Below are positions 10,910 through 21,528 of a stretch of 64,000 nt of DNA, one piece after another. The notes below the pieces were generated by a model. That model was given only the letters and a program-made list of their open reading frames with translations, searched no databases and was not told the DNA's origin. Within the stretch, counting starts at the first letter, position 1, and the number at the start of each line of letters is the position of its first letter. Origin of the DNA: Perkinsus chesapeaki ATCC PRA-425 (taxonomy: Eukaryota; Protista; Perkinsozoa); the NCBI GenBank assembly GCA_013115145.1, contig JAAPAO010000114.1, positions 8,385 through 72,384 on the forward strand, written 5' to 3'. The translations under genes were made by a program, and so were the position numbers.

Positions 10910-12133
10910 ATGTTCGTCCCTCTCCCAAACTGTCAAAGCGAGCTGCGCAAGAGGAAATCGGCGGCTCCTGCCCAGACTATGCCAACGGTATGTGCTAGGA
11001 TCCAAAACCGGCTTGATGGATTCTCCTCACGTGAAGAGCGGATCCTTAGTTCGACGTCGATATCGTCCAACAGGCGGAAGAAGACTCGAGGTTCGGCAAA
11101 GCGTGCGGCGGAAGCTTCGCGCTCCGTGACCGAGGCCGACGTCGAAGCTGTGGTGCAAGCTGCGAGAGCGGACGGTACAAAAAGGTCGTATAGCTGCATG
11201 ATCAATCGTTATCTCGATATCATGAAGGCAACTGATAAGGATCCATATCCTTTGACTATCGAAAAGCTCTTGCATTTTGTGGTATGCTTGATTCGAGGTA
11301 ATTACACATTCGAAAGCGTGTCTCGCTACTCGAGGACAGTTAAACTTATAGCGAGACAGGAGAGAGGCGAGGTGCTAGACAAACTATCCGAAGAACGCTA
11401 TAGGTTGGCTCTAAAGGGCGCGTCGAAACTATGCGTGCAGTCGGGCCTCGAGGAACAGAGTCGATCCCCCACTTTCACTCGAGAGGAGGTTGTCTCCATC
11501 TCGTCTGTTTCTTCGCCTGGGAGCGAAATAATCGTATGTGGCTTCATACTCGGCATATGTTGCCTTTTGAGGCTCGGCGAGTTGTTGGAGCTTACCGCTG
11601 ACAACGTTGAGTTCGAGAACGACCTAGCGGCCGGTAGAGTTTTTGTGAAAAGGGGCAAAACCGACCAAGCTGGGGTCGGCGCTAGCATCTACTTCGGTTG
11701 TGTGTGTGACGGCGACCGACCGAATTTGAGCTGCCCAGTTCACCGCTTACACACCTGGATGACTAATTCCGGTGTAAAGGACAGTAGCTCAATACTCTTT
11801 CCGATATCTAGAGCAGATTTCATCGTAGGATTGGAGCAGGTGGCTGCGGTGACTCTCGGGGTACCACGTGTAGGCATGTCTTACACAGGCCACTCGCTAC
11901 GGCGAAGCGCTGCACAGATCCTCTTCCATAGCGGGGTCAGCATCGAGCACATTGTTGAAATGGGACGATGGCGGTCGGCCAAGTCCTTAACTGCCGCCTA
12001 TTTGAGAGGGGGCGTGTATCAGAGGAAGCGCCAAACCTCGTTCACGAAGATACTGATGCGTGACGAGGCAGTACCTTCTTTCTCGGGGAGTTCGGGAGAG
12101 TATGGGAGGAGCCTGGATTCTCACACCAGTTGA
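10910..12133 (+). CDS. Tyrosine recombinase ORF3 (start uncertain: ATG 10910 or spliced entry at 10939)
   Basis: Catalytic set R-K-H-R-W-Y: LLRLGELL, KRGKTDQAG, TGHSLRR, MGRWRS, AAYLR. Preceded by an N-terminal SAM-like binding region (GTKRSYSCMINRY). The stop codon lies inside repeat B1. Confidence 0.92.
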   Translation: MFVPLPNCQSELRKRKSAAPAQTMPTVCARIQNRLDGFSSREERILSSTSISSNRRKKTRGSAKRAAEASRSVTEADVEAVVQAARADGTKRSYSCMINRYLDIMKATDKDPYPLTIEKLLHFVVCLIRGNYTFESVSRYSRTVKLIARQERGEVLDKLSEERYRLALKGASKLCVQSGLEEQSRSPTFTREEVVSISSVSSPGSEIIVCGFILGICCLLRLGELLELTADNVEFENDLAAGRVFVKRGKTDQAGVGASIYFGCVCDGDRPNLSCPVHRLHTWMTNSGVKDSSSILFPISRADFIVGLEQVAAVTLGVPRVGMSYTGHSLRRSAAQILFHSGVSIEHIVEMGRWRSAKSLTAAYLRGGVYQRKRQTSFTKILMRDEAVPSFSGSSGEYGRSLDSHTS

Positions 12134-12316
12134 CGCTAAGCAGGTAGGCTTACCGACTCTGCTCGCGGCCACTTTCTCGTAAAGAGGTGTCCGTGCCTTT
12201 CCGGCTCTTTGCAGATGCTCTGGTGTAGAGCACCCAGCCTCGTGATTGGTGTTTGTGGTGTTAGGCACAAACACACATCACCTCTCCCAAACTCCCGAGC
12301 GGTTCGCGGTTTTATG
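12103..12316 (+). repeat. Split direct repeat B1 (214 bp)
   Basis: Identical by eye to 12543-12756. Shares its terminal ATG (12314-12316) with the start of A2. Confidence 0.95.
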
Positions 12317-12525
12317 TGAAGGGCAACATGTTGCGCGCAATGTAAAATAGCAAACGGCGAAGGAGTCTTCATGTGGTGTGCACGCCGCAAGGTTGTTCAA
12401 TCACACAAACTGCGCATACGAATCTGTACAGTGCGACGGTAGTTGTGTTTGGATAGATGCGTCGCATGTCGATCACAGTTGTCAGCATTGTTGATTTGCG
12501 CCCCACAACTTCCCATTTCGCTTAA
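12314..12525 (+). repeat. Split direct repeat A2 (212 bp)
   Basis: Copy of 6552-6763 with 2 mismatches. Confidence 0.95.
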
Positions 12526-12542
12526 CCCACCCACTTCCGCCC

Positions 12543-12756
12543 TGGGAGGAGCCTGGATTCTCACACCAGTTGACGCTAAGCAGGTAGGCTTACCGACTCT
12601 GCTCGCGGCCACTTTCTCGTAAAGAGGTGTCCGTGCCTTTCCGGCTCTTTGCAGATGCTCTGGTGTAGAGCACCCAGCCTCGTGATTGGTGTTTGTGGTG
12701 TTAGGCACAAACACACATCACCTCTCCCAAACTCCCGAGCGGTTCGCGGTTTTATG
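12543..12756 (+). repeat. Split direct repeat B2 (214 bp), right terminus of element
   Basis: Copy of B1, ending ...gcggttttATG before unique flank agctagtc. Confidence 0.95.
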
Positions 12757-13560
12757 AGCTAGTCAAACTACGGACAGAGTTATGAGTAGAACCTTCAATT
12801 AATACGTTAAACCAACACTGACAGTGTTACACTGTTAGTCGGTTGTTCGACAAACGAGATAGACGCGGTAGATCTTCGTGTCACGTGACAGTCGCATTCT
12901 GGCAATTTCTTCGGGTATCATAGAGGCACCCCTGTGGCGGAGCGTATCAAGCTATTATAGCACAGCAGCTGTCCCCTCAGCGTCTAAATACACAAAGGTA
13001 TTATTTAACGCGTGTAACGCCAATTTCTTAGCAATCCGACGACCCACCATCCGAATAGATTTTCGTCAAGTCATAGTTCTAGCACAACCTAGTTCCTAGC
13101 TTACCAGGGCTGTGAGATACTCTTCATACTTTATTGTACTTTACAACTGGTTCTGCTTCATCCCGGAATCCCACGGCACGTGGGGTGCGGGAGCTTAATC
13201 AACTGAATACAACACGTGAATCTGCCGCCGTCTTATTACCATCTTCCCTCTCTCTGCGCCTTTCCTGCCCTAGCGCCTGGGACACTTCGGTCGCCCTGAC
13301 TGACACAATCCTTCTTGCGCTTCCCAGTTGTACTGCACAACACTTCGCGTTCTTTCATACTCGATACCAAGCTCTTGGTCGTTGAGATCCGAGGAGCCCC
13401 CGAAATCTCCAAAGCTCGCAGCACACTCAATCGTGTGGCATTACCCTTCTCATTCAGTTCTTTGTTGACGGGTGTATGTCAGCTCTGGGAGTTGTGAAGA
13501 CTTGCCGAGACGAGGTACGATCGCTGCTCGTCGCTGGTTATTCACATACTTTCTTTCCAG

Positions 13561-14751
13561 ATTCCTAAAGGCCCAACAGGAGGCATGTGGCGTAGAGCTC
13601 TCTATGACCTTATCGACCACCCAGGAAAATATGCGAGTAGCATTTTCCACAAGTCAAAGGAGGGCTTCACCACTGTGTACGACGGCTTTCCTAAATCAAC
13701 TGTACATCTCCTCGTGCTGCCGGATAGAACTTTGAAGGGCCCTCAGCAGCTTACCAAGTGAGCGGTGGGGAGGCAATAAGCGTCAACCTTCTCTTGCTTG
13801 AACTGTAAACTTGACCTCGAATGTCGTGTACAATTTTGATTCGTATTAGATGTCAAAAATATGTCATCGATCAGTCGGTCCAATTTCCGGGGAAGACTTC
13901 TGTGGAAGGCCTGGTCCTTGAGTTGACATCATATTTTGGGAGCGTGCATGTTCTGACTGTTTCAGTTCTTGATTCGGAGCGAGCGCTGTCACATGAAAGT
14001 TAATATCAGTATTATGGGAAAGGGGTTCTCACCGAACTTCCTGAAGTCCTAAATTATTCTCGTTACTAACGAGTCGTTACCTAAACACATATGGCGCTCT
14101 CTTCTCAATGATGAAATTAATGCTTAAAAATGTAGAGGTATTTTAATTCTATAAGAGGGTCTCTGAGGGAGCCTTGAGGGGTATTAATCAGTCACACCCA
14201 TGTGGAAGTGTTATCAAACTGCCCTGCTCTTCAGAGATGGTGAATTCGGTATTCCATTTTTACGCCGACTTCATGGGTATTGTGATTGGCTGGTCAATGA
14301 GCTCCAGAAGCAAGAACATATCGGTAAACTCGGGTTCAAATGTGGCATTCATGCGGTGCCGAGCTTGGAGCCTTTCCACGTACATATTATATCCGGCGAC
14401 ATGAAGAGTGATCGCATAAAACATAAGAAGCATTGGAACTCTTTCACGACACCTTTCTTTGTGGAGCTTAATGAGGTGGAAAGTATCCTGCAGATTGAAG
14501 GTGGGCTGAACTCATTCCTTATTCGACCAATCAGCTTCGTTTCAGGTAGTCTGCGATCGATTCTGGCACGCGAGTCTCACTTAAAAGACGATTTGGTGTG
14601 CAACATTTGTGGCGAGAATTTCGGTCGATTCTTGAAGTTCAAAGAACACAGAGTTTCCTGTCGGAAAACAAAGTCATCAGCGGCTGGCCAAGTAGCTGTC
14701 AGCCAAAATGAAATTGAGCTGCCGCAAACAAAAAGGCAACGATTATGTTGA
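13561..14751 (+). CDS. APTX: Aprataxin (HIT hydrolase + C-terminal zinc finger); further 5' exons possible upstream
   Basis: Exon 13561-~13757 WRRALYDLIDHP...TTVYDGFPKSTVHLLVLP. Intron to ~14233. Exon with CGIHAVPSLEPFHVHIISGDMKSDRIKHKKHWNSFTTPFF and LVCNICGENFGRFLKFKEH, matching the aprataxin HAxPS-x-x-x-HxHxIS / KHWNSF signature. Confidence 0.88.
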
Positions 14752-15620
14752 ATCCTTACAATATTGTCTCCTTGAGTTGGTTCATAGTGCAAAACAGTTG
14801 CTCTCTATTCTGTCAGCAATCTTCTGTCGAGGACAGACTACCACAATGCCTGGTCTTGTAAGACTTAGTGCCTCGTTAGTGCGGCGAGAAATGCCCGAAC
14901 CACACTGGCAGGCCCACGTACTAACTCCAATCGCTTATTTTGTCTCATAGAGGCTCATGCACATAACCTTTTGCAAATCATTAACCAATAGAATATCTTC
15001 CTGACTAAGACGGACGAAGTTGCTGAGTGTGTATAGGGAAGACCTTGCACGAGGTGCTGAATTTGGAACCTCGATTAACAATCACGAAGAAATACTCAAC
15101 AACTTCGACATTCCCCGAATGCAACTAGTCCCTGATGAGGACCCTCGATAGTCATGTAGCTTTCATCCGTCAGTACGTCAGAACTGGACGGTATTATGTT
15201 AGGCATAGATTCGTTGGCCTTTTCTGACAAGGCTTGTCGTGCTGGCTAATCTCAAATTCTATTGTATTTACTGAACATAACAATGACGATGACTTGACAC
15301 TTTTCTGTATTAGTAAAGACTCGTATTTCTAACCACATACTGCTGCTATACGCTTCATTAAATAAGTTACCGTATATAAAAGCAGGCTGATGCTGAAAGG
15401 TTGAGAAATTCGGTGAAGTACAAGTTACTTCGCTAAATGTTTACACGCTTTTCGTCAAAAAACGTTATAATACGTACTGTTAACCAATACCGTTATAATA
15501 CTTGGGAGTGGATCAACCGACTGAATTGCGACAGGACTACAGGACGATCCGACCAGCATTTAAACGAATCAGGTAGCCACCTCGAGCACTTGATGAGTAC
15601 ACGACCAAGTAACAGCACGA

Positions 15621-16499
15621 CTATATAGCTATGGTTGCAGAGATGTAGTCATAAGGAAAATTGAAGTTGGGCCCGATCGGTGGCTTAACCACGACACGGG
15701 CTGTACCTTTCAATAACCAGTTAGTTATATTGTTCTTGACTGTCGTCAAAGACAAGTCCAATGCTCCACCAACCTTGATGCCAAGCTTCACTGTTTTTTC
15801 CACGTAGACCGATACATTGAAACCAAGATTGTAAGGTTTACCCGCGAAGACATAACTCTTTGAGTTCTCGCCGGGCTGAACATCAATATCCGAAAGCAAC
15901 CTATTGAGACCGTATATCTTGAAATGAGGAATGGCTACAAAGTTCTCCTTAGTGGTGTCACCCAAACCCGAAGACTGAGATAACTCCTCGTCATAGGCTT
16001 TTAAGAAGATCGTGGCAGCTGCTTTCTTCTTATTCCCGTATGAAATGATTTGGGCATCACCACCTGCGTGAACATGCAGTTCTGACTGAGTTTTACCATC
16101 ATAAACAGCAGTCATGCCAATGACGGTATTGTCCCTCGGATCATCAATATCAAAGAAGTCAACTTTGGCATCGATAGTAGTCTTCTCGCCTTGTTCCAGT
16201 GTGCCATGAAAGCAGTAAGGGTAGTCGATGATCGGGTTGGTGGCATTACAAGTAGCTGGATATGCGAATTTGCCAGCCTCATCGACTTGAGCTTGCTGGA
16301 TACCCTTCGGGAAAGAAGCGATGCGTTCCTCGTTTATCGTGATAGACTCAGTCTCGACGTCCTTCAGCATCTCGAACAGCTCCGCCAATGAGTCTTCGCC
16401 CAAGTTGTTATTATCTATGTCGCCTAGTTTTAGACTTAACCCCACCAAAGCAACTGATACAGCAATGAAGCTCTTGAAAAGCTGAGTGTTGAAACTCAT
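15621..16499 (-). CDS. Intronless putative secreted protein (292 aa from ATG 16499), unknown function
   Basis: Long ORF. MSFNTQLFKSFIAVSVALVG is a signal-peptide-like start, followed by an acidic segment and a beta-rich remainder. Confidence 0.65.
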   Translation of the reverse strand: MSFNTQLFKSFIAVSVALVGLSLKLGDIDNNNLGEDSLAELFEMLKDVETESITINEERIASFPKGIQQAQVDEAGKFAYPATCNATNPIIDYPYCFHGTLEQGEKTTIDAKVDFFDIDDPRDNTVIGMTAVYDGKTQSELHVHAGGDAQIISYGNKKKAAATIFLKAYDEELSQSSGLGDTTKENFVAIPHFKIYGLNRLLSDIDVQPGENSKSYVFAGKPYNLGFNVSVYVEKTVKLGIKVGGALDLSLTTVKNNITNWLLKGTARVVVKPPIGPNFNFPYDYISATIAI

Positions 16500-18525
16500 G
16501 AGGATATTCAACCCTGAGAATGAAGCACATGGGACGACAAGTTCGATGAAACGAACGTTCGGACTATGCCGAACAGTATTTGGCTTAACCTCAGCTTTCC
16601 CACCCATGGCGCCTAGTGTGCGCCATCGCACCAACGTGGAACCGTCATGTCACTTAAGAGCTGTAATTCTCGCATTATTCGTAATTGGTGACAAAAGGAT
16701 CCGAAATGTGTTGCATTCAAGACAGTGCGCGCCTCTTAGCGGGATTTTGCAGGGCAGCGAGGTGAAATGCGGCTAACCAAGGGTACAGGATAAGATTCCA
16801 CACATTGCGCTGTCACTACAAATGGTGTCGCATGAAGTGCGCGGCACGTAGGCCGCCGAGGCTCATACGACGCATTATGAGGTCTTGTTGGACCACATGC
16901 TTATCTATATTTGAAGCCGCTGACCTTAATAAGTAGGGAACTGGCTCGCCTCAGCTTGTCTCCCAGTTGCGGCTTACGTTCTTTCTAATTTGGAACCGAA
17001 GAGGAGGTTCTTGTTGCGCACAATGATGAGCAATTGTGAGCCCGAAAGGAGCCGTAAGATGCTGCAGTGTAGTGGGCCTCTACTCATGCTGGCTTGTGCC
17101 AAGGGATTCAGTGGCCGCCGGAGGCTATCTCAGGTCTTGTCAATAAGCGTCATCTGATTGCCCAAGCAAATTACCCTCCGTTGACTGAGCTAATGGTATA
17201 GCAGCTTCTTGGTTCTTCCCACTAGTCGGTCTGAGAACCAGGAGAAACCTCTGAGCCTTCAGCACAAGCTCAAGTACATAGGCAGGAAAATATGACAGTT
17301 TGGGAGGTGTACAACTCACTCACTAGATCGATATTCAGAATAGCATGGGAAGCCGAACTGAACCAAGCTTTCCCCTATGTGCTGCAAATTCTGTAACTAT
17401 ACCTGAATGCTTCAGGGTGAATCACACATTGTGATTCACAATGTGACTCGTAGGGACGACGCTGAAACGATATGGCTTATGCATTTCAGCTCAATCTACA
17501 CTGTGCGTATCGCACAAACAGTCATATGCATGCTTACTACCCCCGGGGTAGTACCCCGATATCCACTGGGGTGACACAAGACAGGTGCTGGATGTCGCAG
17601 CCCGCACACCGGAGTGCGGAGATAGTCATACACAGTCGGACATGTAGAATGAGATAGAAGTACACGTTCGCAACTAGAGATGCCTTATCACTCCTTTACG
17701 ATGAGTGATCAACAGAAACCGCTTCGTGCGGGGGAGGCAAGGGAACACCCCTGTGGCGGACCGTGTTCAAACACACGTAGCAAGTTTGCAGTCTGACTTA
17801 GCGCTTAGGAAAAGAATGTAATCTCCGGGCAGCAAAGATCATTTTTCAACAAATACAAACAATTCAAGGTTGTAGTGCGAAGAACTATTCTTTGCCTGTC
17901 CCAGGATGACTATTTTGATATAGCTTGATCCGATATGGGACGCTTGAGCTGCCTGTTCAGTGGACAGTGTCTACTATCTCAACTTTTGTCGTGTTACTAG
18001 AATAGACGAATCTCTAGCAGGCCTATCAATCAAGTACCAGTTTCAATTTATTAAAAGAATTGTGCTCCTCGGATTCCGTCGAGTAAGTCTCTCTTCACAC
18101 CCGAGAGAGGAGACATATTCCTCCGTTCGCATGAGCTCTGACCCCTCCAGCTTGGAGGCCTTCTACGCCAGAAGTTTAGGCTAGCCATGCAGAGATCATT
18201 GCAACCCTTCGCTGCAAAGTCGTGCAACAAGCAGACTGGTAGTCTCCAGCATACATATAAAAATGAGAATACATATCCATAAAAATACCTCAGCTTCTAT
18301 TCATACCTCTCCCAAAGGTTCCATAATGCTACCCGTTCCGATATCAGGTCGCCCCTCAAAGCCCTGCTGGCCGTTCATGTTCAACGGTTGAACGATGGCC
18401 TTCCTAACCAGCGGAAACTCGCAGGGGACTGTCAATCGGTACACAGGCGGTCTACTGTGCCAAAATACTAGGCCGTGAGGCCTACGCGTTCTGGGGGGAG
18501 GAGCACCCATCGACTGCTCCGGTGT

Positions 18526-18565
<40 letters not shown>

Positions 18566-18772
18566 CCCCCCCCAAGGAGGGGGGAGGAAAAAAAAAAAAG
18601 GGGGGGGGGGAGGGTGTTTTGTTTTGGTGGAAGGAGTGGGGGGGGGCAGCAGGAGTNNNNNNNNNNACACACAAGCCGCGGGGGGCCGGCGGGGGGGGGG
18701 GGGGCCCCCCCCCCCCCGGGGGGGGGGGGGGGGGGCCCCCCCCGCCTCCCCCCCCCCCCCCCCCCCCCCCCC
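18526..18772. other. Assembly gap with low-quality poly-G/poly-C sequence
   Basis: G homopolymers, an N run at ~18657-18666, then C homopolymers. Confidence 0.9.
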
Positions 18773-20054
18773 CGACACAGTATGTGCAGCAAGCTATACA
18801 GAAAGGGGGGCTTACATCATGTAAGTTGTCTTGCCAATGAACGGTGATTCCCCCCATTCTGTGCAGTGATAGCTCTCGTTCAACACAGGCTTAACCTCGA
18901 GGTAACCAGATGGTAATTCCCAAGGTCGAGCATGTAGCCCCAGAGCTAACTTAGCTCTTAGTAAGAACTTAGCTAAGACGCACGTGTAACAGCGCATGTT
19001 TCCAGGCTACTTTAACAGAGGTACTGTGCACAATCCGTAGAAGACTTGAGTCTTGGTGAGTGCAGTTGTGAGCCGAAGCACCATATCGGATTTACCGCTC
19101 CTCCGATGGCTACTATCTGGAAAACAGATTCGAAGCCGTGAAAGCGCTCTCTGAAACAGCCTGTTCCCGCGCCTGAACACATTTTGATTCGGAATCGAGT
19201 GCTTGCGTGCTAAAGTGAGATACTGCTTTCATCGGTTGCTTCATACTGTGAACTTCACAGCATTCAAACCTGAAGCTTATCCGTACAGTGTGGCACTCCT
19301 CAGTTAAGAGTCTTCACACAAAGTTGATGATTCCATTTGGGCTCACTTGCGTCTGTCTGGTAGAACTCTATCCAACATCGGGCCCCCTTCCCACATAGTC
19401 CGGGCTAACAACTAACTAGCACCGTCAGCCGCTGTTGCACTGTGCTAAAATGATTGTGGCATCTTTCCTATGGTTACCGAACAGTGGTCAACTTGGATAA
19501 GATGGTCTCATCACAGGCTCTCTAGAGCTCTACAAACACGGTGTTTGAAACACCGCTAGACTAGCGGCGCTAGTACATGCTCCTACCGCTAGTTCAAGCC
19601 ACAACCTCCGCGCTGAGCTCAACACCCTTGGTCAACTAAGAGGCTTTCTCTTCTTTTCTCAATAATAACAAACACAAAGGGAGAGGGGAGTCAGCGAAGG
19701 CTCCTTGTATGTTCGTTTACTCTCACCTGGATTCAGCTGTGCGCGCGTGCACGAGCGGGTGACGCACAATCAATAACAATAACCTTCATTTACCCTCCAA
19801 CACAGCTGCAGTGACCCGTACAGCGCAAAATAAGCTTGCCGAGCTTCAAAGAGTGATCGACAGTACGAGACCTCAGGAGCTTGCTCCCCAGTAGATGCTG
19901 TAATGTGCATAGATGCCGTCGCAGTGCGACGCGGCTTTTCAATTCCGCTGCTTTCCCGGAGGAATACGAGCGGCATCGTGTGAGGTCGGAGCCAGCCGCT
20001 GGTTACATATCCAGGTCTTGCTTATGCCTTTCTAAGCTAGGTTTCACGCCTTTC

Positions 20055-21528
20055 ATGTTATATACCTCAATAGCCACTCTAGTAATCACCCTCACGGTCG
20101 GCTTCGCATGGAGTCCTCAAGACTGCAAGGGTGACCAATCCAAGAATGACAGGGTTACTCGCATCAAGTGCGCCTTCCATAATAATACTTGGGTTCATCC
20201 CTTGTCAAATATTATGAACAAGGATGTTATACTGGCTGCTATTGGAGCCGGCGGTGGATCGATAGCGTGGTCCGTGAATGCTGAAATTATGCCGGTGAAT
20301 GTTGATCATACAATCTTTGTCCTCATCAGTGGGCTCGGCCTGAAGATCCTCGAGAGCAGCCTCAGTGATTCGTCCTTTATAAGGAGCAACCTGGTCGGCA
20401 CCGTCAACAGTGCTTTCCCCAGCTCACTCACAGGTAACCTGATCAGCCTTGCATCCGGTGGCTACCCTTCTGATCATGGAGTCCTCGGGTTTGTCGAGAT
20501 CGTTGATAACAAGGCTATCGTGCCAAGTCTATGGATGGATGCCGTTACCCACGATAATCTCCCGCTATATAGAGACCTTCAAGAGCATGCGTTCCCTTTC
20601 AGCTCTATTATTTCTAAAGGGAAAGCTCAGAGTAAAACGGTGTATGCTCCTCCTCTCAAGTCCCCATTCCGTTACGCAGTTTTCGGCGACATCGATGCTG
20701 TCCAAACTGACTCTCCTGGTTTGCAAGACGTGATCCAAGATATCCCGGCTCGGCTTGCCCAGTTTCAGGCTAGGAACTTGACGTCGCTATCCATTGCCTA
20801 TACCAATATAGTCGCCGATGCCGTAAGGAACAGTGGAGTTGGGGGCTCCGAGGTGACAAGAGCTTTGTATCAGTTAGATCATCAACTTCATACTATCTGG
20901 TATAATGTGTCCGCTGCTCTCCCGAGCGATGCTACCGTAAGAATGGTCATCTGTTCGGACCATGGGGCCGTCGACGTGAACCATATTAATGTTTACGACA
21001 AGCAGAATGCTAATGGCGACTATCGAAACGTTCTTCATCTTGGTTCTCTCCTTAAGTACATCCCTTCCGTTGAAGGTAGATCATTCGCCCTTCATTTGGC
21101 TGATGGTGTTACTGTGGACGAGGCACGGGAAAGAATCAAGAACGATGCGCCAGATGTTTATGAAAATTTCATGTTATTTACTCCCGATGAGTTGATCGAT
21201 CTGGAGGTCTTCGGACCGAAGGACACCTTGTCGGATTTCGCCAAAGGGCAAATTGGTGATCTCTTGAAGAGATCACCAATTTGCCCGATTTACCGAAGAG
21301 ATTCTCTTCGGTATCACCCCCAACCCAGCCGTCCTCAGCTACTATGTCAATGGACGTGCATGGGGCGCTAACGACAAAGGAAATTCTGGTGGTATGATTT
21401 CAACTGAGATTGGTCTTCCTTTTGCTATTTTAGAAAAAGGAAGAACCATCAATGAACTGAGGGAAGGATACGACAGAGTCCAGAGCAGATCTGAGGATTA
21501 TTTCAATACATATAAGTACAAGAACTGA
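20055..21528 (+). CDS. Secreted alkaline-phosphatase-superfamily (type I phosphodiesterase/nucleotide pyrophosphatase-like) protein, intronless, with one frameshift near 21265 and substituted catalytic residues
   Basis: Signal peptide MLYTSIATLVITLTVGFAWS. Fold motifs FVLISGLG, NSAFPSSLTGNLISLASGGYPSDHGVLGF, VICSDHGAVDV, VEGRSFALH, QIGDLL. The C-terminus continues in another frame (21268-21528: ...KGNSGGMISTEIGLPFAIL...KN*). Confidence 0.72.

Larger units (their letters stand above)
6552..12756 (+). mobile_element. Full-length tyrosine-recombinase (DIRS-order) retrotransposon with split direct repeats (Ngaro/PAT-type), 6205 bp
   Basis: Order A1(6552-6763), gag, RT-RNaseH, YR, B1(12103-12316), A2(12314-12525), 17-nt spacer, B2(12543-12756). 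All three coding frames are uninterrupted. No target-site duplication beyond a shared ATG. Confidence 0.93.

Noticed and set aside
11987-12714. Paired minus-strand ORFs starting MFVPNTTNTNHEAG
   Set aside because: By-products of the B1/B2 duplication read antisense.
18301-18857. Poly-Gly/poly-Pro ORFs on both strands
   Set aside because: Translations of homopolymer and N gap sequence.
19541-19577. Two adjacent perfect palindromes (cggtgttt-g-aaacaccg, ccgctag-a-ctagcgg) followed by CTAG-T, like a Helitron 3' end; a similar motif lies at ~17760
   Set aside because: The hairpin is only 2 nt from CTAG, no 5' end or helicase is seen, and similarity to 17760 does not extend.
21260-21397. Alternative frame reading DVHGALTTKEILV, matching the family HGxLTxxE motif
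   Set aside because: This frame stops straight after and its upstream part is low-complexity. The other frame gives a longer C-terminus with E-I-x-L-P-F. Not fully excluded; cDNA would settle it.
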